Shown here in pieces: positions 1 through 12,329 of a DNA stretch of 64,000 bases. The first letter of the stretch is position 1, and each line of letters begins with the position of its first letter. Both the position numbers and the translations under genes were made by a program. Source of the DNA: Catajapyx aquilonaris (taxonomy: Eukaryota); contig KZ538457.1 in NCBI GenBank assembly GCA_000934665.2, positions 1-64,000 on the forward strand, given 5' to 3'. The notes under the pieces are model-generated. The model did not search any database and was not told where the DNA came from. It saw nothing but the letters and a program-made list of their open reading frames with translations.

Positions 1-1620
1 CGCTAAATTTCATCCTTAGGATGTCAAAAATGATCTGCGATCATAAAAAAAAGGTCCCCTCAAAAAACGCATGGGTTTCGGTTTCTCGACCGGACTATCG
101 GCTCTACAGACGCAAGTTAGAAAAAATCGCCGATTGTGTAATGGTATTCACAATATGTAGTCAAAGATATCCTTCTTAATTTGCCTTGATACAACCGTCC
201 TTTAGTCTTCATTTTCTGTGGAATTTGAAGAAGAATAATGGGAAAACTTCATATGCCATTAAGCATTACGTTCAATTGCTTCAATTCAATCTATATTCAA
301 TTGCATACATTTGGTTACGAGCAGACGTTTTGATCCGAAATCAAACATCTAATTATTCGCTAGACTGCATAATGTATAAATAAACCATGAGTCAGTCATA
401 ATACTGCGGGGACTTGAATGTACGTATCACAGCTGAGCTCGCTTAGTTTCCCCTTCCCTCGATGTACAACGCTGTGGCACTACTGTCTAGAGCCCTGTCT
501 ACATATTGACTATCCTTTACCGGTTTGACGCCTTAGGTTGTGCTGCTTTTTTGTAAATGTACATTGAGGCTATGCGACGAGACACGCCCCTCTTTTTATG
601 GCACAGTACAGTTGCTAAATGCATCAATGCAACTGCATTGAAGTACATACAATTTAGGGCAGGTTGTATGGTACCAGGGAAAGCTTCAGGTACTGTATGG
701 GCACGATCTGTCCTGGTTATTAATTGTTGGGAACAATAAACTAACAATATTAATTACTAGGGTAGATCCATTCCTGTATACATGTATATTGTGCTGGTGC
801 AACCGGCTCTTACTGTTATAGGCTGCACGGTATGGCTGAAACTTAGGTTTTTATTATGTTAGCACTGGTAGTACCGGGTAGTACAGAGAATATCCTGAAG
901 AGCATACCACCCGTAAAAAACGGACGTTGGACGTGTGGTGTATATGCAGGATATAATAAATAGGCCGAAAGTCATATCAGTTTGGTCTTTGAATACGGCT
1001 CGAGATCGCCATACCTGAAGCATTTGAGTTAGTAACGGCTCTATGATGACCTGAAGCCACTTGTTTGAGGGCACGACATAAGATAAGCTTTGTATGTGCA
1101 ATTTTCCGTGTTTCATACGATTGCCACAAGCCATTTTATCTGCGCACTTTTTGTTCCTTGATGGAAGGATATCCTCTTCAGTGAATATTGCATTGGCATT
1201 AACTCGAAAACCTAATCTAATAATAATAATAGTCAGTGATGGTTGCGTGCACAATGGATGAATTTTATAATCTCTTGTAAAATATTCTGACATTAGGCAG
1301 TCACAATTTAAAGGTCCACTGTCATAGAAATTAATACTTGAAATTGTCTTTTTTTTAAAAAAAAACCCTAACATGAACTGCAAAAGGTATACCTGTGAAA
1401 ATCCACACAAAATGAGTGAAAGCAAACCAATCCATTTTTACTATGTGGCATGGTTTCTTATAGAAACTACAGTATAGTATGTGGTGTTCTTATTGAAATA
1501 TCAGTAGCGCTTAACAATAATTTTAGCACAAATATGCTTATTTTAAGCAGATCCATTTACTGGTGACTTTTGCCTTGGGATTATTAGAATTCCTGCATGG
1601 TATTCGTAAGGACCTTCAAC

Positions 1621-3039
1621 GCATTGTACGTGGAGTTGCTGAATGAAACTATGGCACAATAATATAGGAAGGTAAGTTATTAACCAAAATGCAAACCCTT
1701 TCAGCCCAGCGCTACAAGGTCAAAGTTATGACCTCTCGATGTCAACGATGTAAGCCGGAAGCATACAAACTAGTTCAAAGGTGGCGCGCCAAGTTCGCAG
1801 CAAAATCAACTCAATGCTGATCATTTTCTTTGACATTTTAGAAATTGTACATATGTAACTTCTTCCACTTGGTGAAATTGTCAACAGGAAGTCTTACTAC
1901 GATGGTTTGAGACTATATTCAGGTTCAAATGGGCGGAGATGTGTAAGAACATAGACTGGTTGCTGCATCATGACAATGCACTTGCACACACCTCAAGCTT
2001 AGTCAGGGACTTCCTGACAACAAACAACATGACCACCGTCCCCCACCCTGACTGTTTGTTTGTCCTGGCCCAATGTGATTTCTATCTCTTCCCTAAAATG
2101 AAAATTGGGCTGAAAAGGAGGCATTGTGACTCCACTAAAGAGATCTAAGCAAAATCGCAGCAGGTGCTGAACACGCTATACAGTTGGCCAATTATTTTGG
2201 GTGCTTCCAAAAATGGGAAATTCGCTGGGATAGTAGTATACGAGACCAAGGTGGCAGTGGAAATTAGGACTTAAAAGTAAATATCAATGTTTTTATAAGC
2301 AAAAGCCCGAAAATTTTGGATCACACCTAAGCTGCACCTAAGCCACTTGCAGATGAAATGAAAGACATTTGACTCATGGACTTCATTTCAAGATCATGCT
2401 GCAATAGAGCAAAAGGTTCCATCAGACGTTAACATTCAATTGTGTCATGTGCCACCCAAGTACACTGGGTTGATTGGTGCTGCCTCTGGATGTTTATTTC
2501 TTCCGGCCATACAAAAATTTTGTGAAGTATGTAACTGATTCGTGTTTGTATATTGTCCCTGACTATGAAGTCTGGCAACAGGAGAACCTTCTTCTTCTCC
2601 AGGCACTTACTCATTTTCAGTTTTCGGCTTCATTAATACTTCATTAATAACACATTTTACAAACCTGGTTATTTGGAAGAGAGGCCTGATGCATTGATGC
2701 ATTCCAAACGCCTTCCGAATTCTGCTTCGACTCAAGTAGTAGTCCAAATCATACATGCCTGCAATGCAGAAACTTGTCGTTTATGAGATGTGCTCATTGT
2801 ACAAATATGTTTTGTTTTGAACATATAATTAAAAAGATGCATAAGTGCTAATTTGCTATGCTTCTTTTTATCTGCCAGTGCTTTAACTTCCCGCTTAGGT
2901 AAGATGTCCGGGCTGACATCGAGAGAGGTCATAACCTTTGACCTTGTAACGCTGGGCCGAAACCATTTGCATTTTGGTTAATAACTTACCTGCCTAGATT
3001 ATTGTGCCAAGTTTCATTCAGCAACTCCATGTACAATGC
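1621..3039. mobile_element. Non-autonomous element with ~125-bp terminal inverted repeats
   Basis: 1621-1745 (gcattgtacgtggagttgctgaatgaaact...acctctcgatgtca) is the diverged reverse complement of 2914-3039. Confidence 0.7.
1770..2327 (+). mobile_element. Decayed mariner transposase fragment, nested in the 1621-3039 element
   Basis: WLLHHDNALAHTS...TVPHPDCLFVLAQCDFYLFPKMKIGLK matches mariner HHDNA.AH / HPPYSPDLAPCDFxLFPKxK; boundaries approximate. Confidence 0.8.
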
Positions 3040-4668
3040 TTCTTGTAAGCAACAAACCGAACGCATATGCGGTCATATGATTCATATATGCATAGAATCG
3101 TCTATAAGCAAACCGTCTTACAAATTCCGCATATTTCAGTAATGAGGACCTTCTTAATTATTATAGTGACTAATAAAAGGTATTCAAGCAGATAACTTTC
3201 TTCATTTAATTGAACCACAATAATTTAATAAGGGCCTAAGAGAAATGTTCAGGAAGGGATTAGAACTGTTTATTTCTGTTTCTGATAATAGTTCAGTAAT
3301 AAATTTTTGAAAGCCTGGTTCAGACGCTTCTATATAGTGACATTTCGGCTTTCGTATGTGTATCCATCAGATGGAGGACGGTAAACTATAAACGCATTTT
3401 TGTGAAAATGATAGGTGGGCACATATTGCACTGCCGTCCTCAAATAATTGTAGGTTTTTTTGCCTCCATACTAACACTTGTTTATCATCCGACTTTAAGG
3501 TGGACTGCTGCATGTAACACAAGTCGATATTTTTATTCATTGTATTTATGGCGCTTTGATCAGCAGCTCTACCTTAGTACCTAAGGAGTAGCCTACCTGG
3601 GAGTTACCATTCGCAGGTGTACACGAGTACACCGGAGTATCGAAGCGGTTACCCACTTACCTCTTTGCCTAATGGTTTAGATGAAGCCATTGCATGAAGT
3701 TCAATGAAACTGATATACTGTATGAATACCTCGGAAGAAAAACGATCAAGGTCCACCTGAGGTGAAACAGAGATAATCCTATTTTAAATTTCGAAGGTCC
3801 ATAAGGTTCCAGTTTAAATCCCACATTCGGGGCCTTCCATAGTGACCTATGATCATTACTCCACAACCACGACCAAACCATCCTATTCTACACTATAGGG
3901 AGAGTATCTTTTGAGATATGTAACTCATTTTTGACAAAAAGTGGACCTTGATCTTTCTTCCTCCGAGGACTTCGTATACACACTGTCTTCTAAAGGGGGA
4001 GAGTTTATTTGAGTTAGTGATTTTACAGTAACATGCTGATTAAGAGCTTACCCTTACGAACAGCTACTTTTGCATACTAGCAATAATATAACTCCTGCAA
4101 GACGATCTAGGGCTCTAATCTACTGAATATTAATTTAACGCTTGACATCAGATGCAAATGGATCCTTTCCAACGTTTTCGGGCAGATATTCATTGCGATT
4201 CAAGACCTGAAAAAACTATTTTCATTTAGCATAATAATTACAAAATAATTTTGATAACACACAAAGATATATATAGTATAACTGCTTGAATTACGCAAGA
4301 GAATTAAAAATTGCCAACACGGATACTTTATTTGGAACACACTGATGGATAATGAAATATATTGATGTGTGAGCATTATTGTCTGTGCATTGTGTAATAT
4401 CCCACTTGAAACAATGACACTGTATGCATCCATCAATTTCATTAAGTGCCACTTTTATAGTGAACAATGGGTTATGATAATTTCCGAAAACTATGCTTCT
4501 TCTAAATACCATTTAATTACCTTAAAATTGCAGCAAACATGATTCAAAGCAACATCATTTTGCAATTTCGCGATATTCAAACTCAGATTTACACAATTAA
4601 GGGAACATATGGTTTAAATAAAACGAGCAATTCGCTTTTTCATCCTTTATTAACAAATAAGACTTCTA

Positions 4669-4723
4669 CATTCTTATGTTCCATTATTAGTAGAACTTCT
4701 ACTAATGATGGAACATAAGAATG
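4669..4723. repeat. Near-perfect 55-bp palindrome
   Basis: cattcttatgttccattattagtagaa-c-ttctactaatgatggaacataagaatg, one mismatch. Confidence 0.85.
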
Positions 4724-4886
4724 CAAGAGCTACAGGTAACTGATGCACAGGTGGAGCTCTGAGAAAATCGGAGAAAATTCAAGTTGAAGCTTCGAATTTC
4801 ACATGACCATCTTGACATGCAAACATTTTTTGGTTATGTTCATTATTACATCATTCTACAAAATATTGTGCATCAGCATATAATGT

Positions 4887-4983
4887 TGTTGTTGTAAGCG
4901 TTTATTTATTCCAGGGTCGGCCTGCGGCTCGTGCCGCTTGGCCGACCCTCCACAATTTTTTTTGCGAAGCCTATAGTTACATA
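4887..4983 (-). mobile_element. Short 5'-truncated retroposon 3' end (GC hairpin, AATAAA, (CAA)n tail)
   Basis: Flanked by 29-bp direct repeats at 4858-4886 and 4984-5012; hairpin agggtcggcc...ggccgaccct at 4913-4949. Confidence 0.6.
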
Positions 4984-5639
4984 ACAAAATATTGTGCATC
5001 AACATATAACGTAGACTAGAGTAATCAAAATGTTGTGCGGTATTTTACACAGGCAAAAAAAGTGTTAAACTCCATGTCGCATAGTAGTTTTTGCGGAGAA
5101 AACCGTCATGACAGCAACAGTAAGCATCAGACGAGGCGGAATTCCTCAAAATGCATCATTTAAATAAAATAATTGAGTAATGATTCACAGTCCCACACTG
5201 AGCCATGTGGAGGCATTTCCACCATTTAGACATCCACATAATTATTATAGTTTCCAATAGCAACATAAGCCACTACATTTAGGTGCATCTCATTTTATTA
5301 TTAATCCCATTTGATTAGTAAAATATAATGAACCACTCATGAAAGTTAAGAAATGGGGTGAACATTACGCATTCAGCGGAGAATGAACTTCGCTATTAAG
5401 TTGGTTCTACTGAATTATGTCAACCACTAGACTGATGGAGCCACCAGACACTGATCCATTCTCTTCACGCCCGCGCCCTCCCTTCCTCCCCGATCTTCAT
5501 CCGCCTCCCTCTTTTTGGGAGAGTCTAGCTCTACGAGGGAATGGAGGAGAAAGTTCTCTATATGCGTGGACTATCTTTTGCCTAAGTATCGCTAAAAACT
5601 AAAGTCACTTACCTAGTTTTTGCTTCCATATACTTTATA

Positions 5640-5863
5640 ATTGATAAGGACGAGGTTGGCCCAGCATTGCCTTTCAACCTCCAAGAGGATATAGGGAAGG
5701 AAGGAAGCGGCTGTGGCCTATAATACGGAAGCGACCCCGGAATTATCCTAGAAAGACCGTGGAAAACCACAGAAAACCACGGTCAGGGTTGCCGGCCCCG
5801 GGATTCGAACCAAGGACCTCCCGATTAGCAGTCAGACGCCCTATCCACTACGCCAACCTGCTT
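5640..5863 (-). mobile_element. tRNA-derived SINE, family A (Meta-domain-like core)
   Basis: B box GGTTCGAATCCC on the minus strand; core ggttttctgtggttttcc...aggccacagccgcttccttcc; paralogue at 50199-50495. Confidence 0.8.
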
Positions 5864-7505
5864 ATACTGTAGGCCTACTCAATTATCGGGACGTGGGGAG
5901 GGTATAGGACGCAAAAGCAATCCGACTGCTTATTACACGTTCATCACGACTGCATATACGACATTTACGTCGTATAATGGTAAACGCTAAAAATAGCTTT
6001 CAGATACTGCTGCAAGTTTTGCTGGTTTCATATAAAAATAATATTGTAATTGGGATTCAGCTGCAACAAGCATAGCTACTAATTGAGGCTCCTTCAGCAG
6101 TAGCCGACTAATCGTGCCATGAACAATTGAGGGGTGTGGTAGGATTACAACCCTCATTTTTGTTATTTTTGACCTGAACACCTATAGCTACTAAGTGTAA
6201 ATGACATGACAAACAGTTCAGTATACTTCAAGTTCACATATCATGCACGAGACGGCATCACGGACTAGAACAAACCCGCACTCCCTATGATTTGTGATAA
6301 GAGTGCAAACGTCAATTGACTCTCCTGAAAAATGATACTTTTGAGGGTTGTCACGTTTTTCCACCACCCCTCAATTCATCTCTTAATATTATTTAGTACT
6401 TCCTTATGAATTTTTTGTCAAATTATGCTTTTAAGAAGAAGCTAGCCTCCAGCCTGAAAAATCACTTCAACTGTGTTATAATGACTAACTAATAATTATT
6501 TATTTTCTGACAAAAAATGCAACATACCTTCACAACTTCCTCCCTGTTACAATATTTTGAGGACAGTTAATATTTAGGCTACACTATGGCCCAAGCTGCC
6601 AATAATATGGATGTTTAGGCTATTCACATGTTCAGCATTTTAAATGTTAAGCCACGAATAAGATTGTTTTATGAAATAATATATATGCAATTTGTCGCCA
6701 GAGTATGCATACCATTTGTATTATGGCCGGACGACCATAAAAACCCACAATTAAGCGTCGTCAGTGACAATAACAACAGGGATAGTGCGCTGCTTCGCCT
6801 GTTTACTCCGCCCAAAGGGAAGAAAAAGGATGTGGAAAGAATTTGCTGACTTTTTTTCAGCAGATTATAGACGCCGTCGTCTGGCCTTGGACTCTTCGTT
6901 TAAGAAATGCATTAGCTTTTTTTTCTAGCTGTTTCCCTAAAGAAGGCTGCATTTTTGTCCTGGATTACTGTAGGACGAGAGCCACAAATGCATTTATGAG
7001 TCGTTGTGACCCTACTATTATGTCATTATTTTTTACGAGCAAGAAGCCTCCTTTTGCACACTACACGTGATACCTTTCTAAATAATATCTGCACCAAAAT
7101 TTTATCTTTAAAAATTTGAGTCACAACCATTGTAATGTATCCAGTTTTATCTATTTCTTAGAATAGCCGATATAAATCCTCGTGCTCATGAGAGTGCCCT
7201 TCACCTCAGATGACTGTTCTCTCCTCCTCAAAAAATGAACACGTTTACAGATATTTTACATGCGTTTCGGCACATTGAGGTAGACCAGAGAGCTCGCCAT
7301 TTTGAGATATGATACCAGAGTAGCACGACTATAGAAGTGCAAAATCTACTTGCGGTTTTCATCATTTATGCGTCAATCGTACTCGTGAGAACACCTTGAT
7401 TCACATCAACCATCTTATGAGCATGAATCAGGGAGAAATATATCTTTTCTACAATATAATTCTCACTAATACGTTAACAAGCATTTTAAAAATCTGCAAA
7501 ATCTA

Positions 7506-8369
7506 CAGGGTGATTCTCTCGGATGGAAACCCAAACATTCCTCAATAACTTTTTAACTATTGTATGATTCTCTATGGAAATTGACATGTACTTACCATGT
7601 ATGATGCCAAACAAGGTCTGCCTAAAGCATATGCTGAAAATAATGGTCCCCTTCAGCATCCAAATTTTTTTGAATGCGAGCCTGCATATTGGCGTATATA
7701 TGGTATATGTGCTAATGTGACATCATAATGGCAGCAAACTCCCGCCGTATCGGTGCTATGGAGGGCGTCAATTGTTCTAGGCTTCATCGCGAGGGGTTAG
7801 TCACTCGGGAACACCGGTGTACACTTCGAGTAGAGCACCACTCCGGTGTTCCCCGGTGTTCCAGAGGATTCTGGACTAATTATTGTGGGACAACGGGGGT
7901 GCCGGCAACACACGGGAAATTACGACGGAAATTACCGGGGAGCACCTGCGGGAACACCGACAGAACACCCGAGAACACCGGGTAGTTGGAACACCAGTGT
8001 ACACTTTTTGGTCTAGTGACTAACCCCTCGCTTCATCGTGTATGTGCGGCCCTTCAGTAAACCCTACAAGAAGAAATCAGGTGGAGTCAGGTCTGGTGAT
8101 CTGAGCCCAGACCTGGGGTGACCGATTAATTACAATAAATTTGTGGCCGCCAAGGCCTGTCGCCACCTGATTTCTTCTTGTGGGGTCAATATGCAGACTC
8201 GCAAACTAAAGTGCTTGGATGCTGCAGGGGACCATTTTCGGTATATTCTCTAGGCAGACCCTGTTTGGTCACATACAATGTAAGTACATGTCTATTTTCA
8301 TCTGGAACCATACAATAGTTAAAAAGTTATTGAGCAATGTTTGGGTTTCCATTCGAGAGAATCACCCTG
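7506..8369. mobile_element. Deleted Tc1/mariner element (rosa/DD41D-like)
   Basis: TA|CAGGGTGATTCTCTC...GAGAGAATCACCCTG|TA, ~150-bp TIRs; minus-strand remnant RSPDLTPPDFFL at ~8065-8102. Confidence 0.8.
7790..8030. mobile_element. MITE with 8-bp TSD (hAT or P-like) nested in the Tc1/mariner element
   Basis: TIR CGAGGGGTTAGTCACT/AGTGACTAACCCCTCG; TSD CTTCATCG at 7782-7789 and 8031-8038; internal ggaacacc repeats. Confidence 0.85.
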
Positions 8370-8833
8370 TATATGCAATATTTCCGATCATTATAGTAAG
8401 AAGCATATCAGCATATAAATATGTATGTCTTTCTCGTGAATATCCCAATGCAGTCTAAATAAACAAAACAATAAAATTGTTGTAAAAAAATAATGACATT
8501 AGAATGTGTATTAAAAAACGAATACTTATTTGACAAATCAGCTGCACTTCCGATACAATGTCACTCACAACCCGACTGTGTTACGATTTGATTTGGATGA
8601 TGAAAAAAACTGTTCCCTTTCCCCGTCTTGGAAAAGCAGAACATAATATAATTTTGTACAGTACATCCACTGGTAAGCTCATTTGGCAGGTATAATAAAT
8701 ATGCCAAATGAAGTGAAGCGACTGAGGCTTGTCCTCTGTTTTAACCTATACATGAATGAAGGCTTGTGTAGTATAACGCTGTAACTGACAGGACTGGTCC
8801 CGTTAGTTACAACGTTATTCCATACAAGATATA

Positions 8834-9123
8834 CTCTCTAAAAAAATAAGAGTTAAATTAACTCTTTTAAACCTTGAAAGTGGTCATTACAAAAAATGAG
8901 TTATAATAACTCTTTGCTGGAGTTAAAACAACTCTTTTAGTTCATTTCATCCTCCGAAAGAGTGAATGAATAACTATTTCGGAGGATGAAATGAACTAAA
9001 AGAGTTGTTTTAACTCCAGCGAAAGAGTTATTATAACTCATTTTTGGTAATGACCACTTTCAAGGTTAAAAAGAGTTAATTTAACTCTTATTGAGTTTTT
9101 TTAACTCTATTTTTTTTAGAGAG
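8834..9123. mobile_element. Foldback MITE, almost fully palindromic, TA flanks
   Basis: ctctctaaaaaaa...ttttttttagagag with ~130-bp arms centred near 8966. Confidence 0.85.
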
Positions 9124-11259
9124 TAAGTCTTCATTTTTCCCAAACTGACATTCCCAGCATGGCATTACACAATAACGTGATCGTCCAAATTTTTATAGCT
9201 TACAAAAGCGAATCCCCTTTTAATTCAGCAGTTATGAACGGCGGAATGTACGAAGATTCCAATAATTTTAATATTACACAATATTAATAAGAAAAAGAGA
9301 CGGGAAGCACTAATATATTAGTTTCCTATAGACTGGGCGAAGTTTAAGGAATTTGCAAAGGAGATCTACAGTTGCGCCCATTTTGTCAGTAACTGAAGTT
9401 GTCATCGGCAGAAAAGACCGTGTTGTGCAATGACAATTTTTCAATGAATTTTTTAAAAAAGACCGTGTTTCCTGTTATATACCCTGCCACAACAGGTTAT
9501 ATTTTATAAGTCGTAAATTCTTATTTGGAAAGCTAAGAAGTCTCGACCCAATGCAGCCATGTGACAGATTCAACTTTATATACGAATAAGGCTGCCTGCT
9601 AAATATCACTGCTTCATCTTGTCGTTTTTACTGCATTTTTTCTCCCAAGAAGTTCCATGCCGCCATATTTAATATAATGAAGACAGTCATCTCGCGAATA
9701 GAAGAGGTTGTTCCTGTACATATTCGCAGAAAAAACTGTCGTTAATCTTGATATATAAACTTGCACTCTGAAAGTATATGCTACTCTTCGCTTACTACAA
9801 ACATCACAGTGCCGTATGTCAATTCTGGACTTCAATGTTTTCTGTGTCATATGCACTGAAACCGCTTTATATGACGGGCAGATGAATGGCTATCAGGGAA
9901 AAGCCACAAAAACATTTTGTTACTGTATAAGCTTATATCACTATAGCAAAATATTCAACAATAATGGAGTTTCAGAGCCATCCAGTTTGCAGGGTAGGCC
10001 TACATATAAATATTATGCAGTGCATTGTGTAATGCATAATATTATTATGCATTTGGTATTCACTCCTGATCTATGGAAGAGTCCAGAGACAAATCACTGC
10101 AACGCCCTCATCAGTGTGCTTCAAGGCATGTTCGGTACCTTGAATTTCAACAAATAAGATATCCACTGAGTGCACTCCATTGGTGTTGAATTTCGATCTA
10201 TCTTTGAAGCACTAGTAACCTACTGCGTAACGCACAAGCTAATTTTCAAAGCATTTCTACTGCAACACTGGCATCAACTTCCGCTGAATTTGAGTTCCAT
10301 TAGCCGCTGTAATTCGCTGTTTCCTTCTTAAAGCTAATAAGGTCGGACGCTGTCCTTAATGGCACCTGATGTGATTCATATATTGGGAGTAGACCTCATT
10401 ATAGGCTTCACTGACATGTATGATGCATACATCCTCCTATAAAACCGGTCTGTTCAACTGCAGTGACTTTCATAGACCAAGAACTCTTAGGAGTATATTG
10501 GGGTCACTTTAGCCCATCATGGCAATAGAAACAGCAAGTACTTTTGGCCAAGTAACTCTGCGACCTAACCTTCTAGTGAATATCATTGAGTTGTCATGGA
10601 ATAACCTTTTACGTGCAGTACGTATACAAGTTATCTGTAACCTATATATTAGTATTGAGCAAACTATAGCGCGTAAGCCTATATCACTGTATATTTAAGT
10701 TCAGTTTGCCTATATACAGAGTAAGATGCAGTGACTGACTTCACTGTTATTTTCCGCTATTTTTATGATCGATAAATAATAATTAACGATTGATATTGGT
10801 ATAGCCATGATCGGACCAAGGTTATAGCATCAGGGACATGAAGGTGACTTTTATACATAAACTATACAGAAGCAACCATGGTTTTGAAATAAGCACACGC
10901 CACCATACGCTCGATTATGAACCGAATATCACACTATCTACTGTCAAGTCACATGAAAAGGTATACCATAAATTTATACTATAGGAACCTTGGGTAATAT
11001 TTGCAATGAGAGCAAAGCCTGTGCACCATTTTGAATTCGTAAAAAGCAGGAAGGTACCGAATATTGATATTATAATTAATCTTTGTATTTTTCAATCGCA
11101 GTGTTGCATGGGTATCAAAATGACCAAAAATGCTGTGCAGAACTTTTCTTTAGTTGTAGTCTAACTGAATAGTTATTTGATATGTAGGCCCACTTTCGGT
11201 ATTCTGGGTTTCTGGCATCTGAAAATTCAAAGCATTGCATCTGCAAATTCATGTGAGGT

Positions 11260-11540
11260 ATACATGTGGCGAGGACATTCCGACCGCAACGCCAGCACGC
11301 ACTACACACATCGCTGCGCTTGACAAGAAGTGCTGATGGCGGCCTCGACTTTCCTGGCCACAAGCACCCTCCGACTCCGACCTATATCCTTGTACCACAG
11401 AATCACCATCTTTTCGTTAAGGAGCGGTTGGCGGGCTGCATATCCTGCTCTATAACGGACTTGAAATAGCCAGAAAATATCCCAAAATGGACCTCCCGTA
11501 GACCAGGCAAGCCTCCATAAGTGCGGATGACACATGCATA
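11260..11540 (+). mobile_element. Highly decayed mariner transposase remnant
   Basis: RNASTH (cf. HDNARPH) followed by HPPTPTYILVPQNHHLFVKERLAG (cf. HPPYSPDLAPSDYHLFxxLKExLAG). Confidence 0.5.
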
Positions 11541-11874
11541 TGGATGTGAGAGAAAGCAGGAAAGATGAAATGAAATAATTGAGATCAAGCAATAATGAGT
11601 TTAAATATTCAAATGTAGGGTAGGCCTACTCCCCAAGACTATTGCGATGTTGTCCCACTGCTTCATCAAAATGTGGCGAAATGTTGTCCTATATAACTAC
11701 CTATTATAACTAGAATGAGGCCAATGGTTAGGGAAATGGGTTAGGGGCACAACAAGATACAAAAAAATAACTGCTATCGGGCGATATCAGTTATCAAGAG
11801 GTGACCCGCGAACTTGGAACACCCTGTATATTCAGCGTCACCTGCTACTCTGATGTCAGCCAAATGGTTCACTC

Positions 11875-11943
11875 GGGCGACACGGTAGTGGAGAGGTTAG
11901 TGCCACAGCCTTTCACCTGTGAAGTCCCGAGTTCGATCCCAGG
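11875..11943 (+). mobile_element. tRNA-like SINE head only, family E
   Basis: gggcgacacggtagtggagaggttag...cccgagttcgatccc; matches heads at 40850-40915 and 63944-64000. Confidence 0.65.
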
Positions 11944-12200
11944 ATACATGTTTTTTTAAACAAAATGTAACATCTAACAAAATTACATTCGGTGTGATGT
12001 ATAGAAGCAAACCCTTCCGGCAAACTTACTTGGGTATTTACCTCACCAGAGGACAGAAAGCCAAAGCTGTGTAATGGGCCCAAAATACATTTTGTGGCCA
12101 TACTACTATGGGTTACTGCATGGTTGAGCTGTTCCATATATTTTTGAGGAGATGTTGCATTACTGCCTGTTTCATGGTTGCTTAGATTCTGTCCTTCTAA

Positions 12201-12329
12201 TGCCTGGTTGCACCAACAAAATTACCGGTCCGATAGCTCCTATAACGGACCGATAGCACATGTTAAAAGGTCTACCTATCTGTCCATTAGGAGCTATCGG
12301 ACCGGTAATTTTGTTGGTGCAACCAGGCA
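12201..12329. mobile_element. PIF/Harbinger-type MITE
   Basis: TAA|TGCCTGGTTGCACCAAC...GTTGGTGCAACCAGGCA|TAA, ~40-bp perfect arms. Confidence 0.85.

Noticed and set aside
859..1425. Longest ORF in the track (188 aa, minus strand)
   Set aside because: No recognisable domain, no connecting exons, and it starts in low-complexity T-rich sequence.
6850..6970. Possible terminal exon on the minus strand (IQDKNAAFFRETARKK...EESKARRRRL)
   Set aside because: Needs a frameshift in an A8 run and has no recognisable homology or partner exons.
7790..8030. Short spaced repeats (ggaacacc/acaccgg) as a CRISPR-like array
   Set aside because: Irregular subterminal repeats within a MITE that has a TSD; eukaryotic context and no cas genes.
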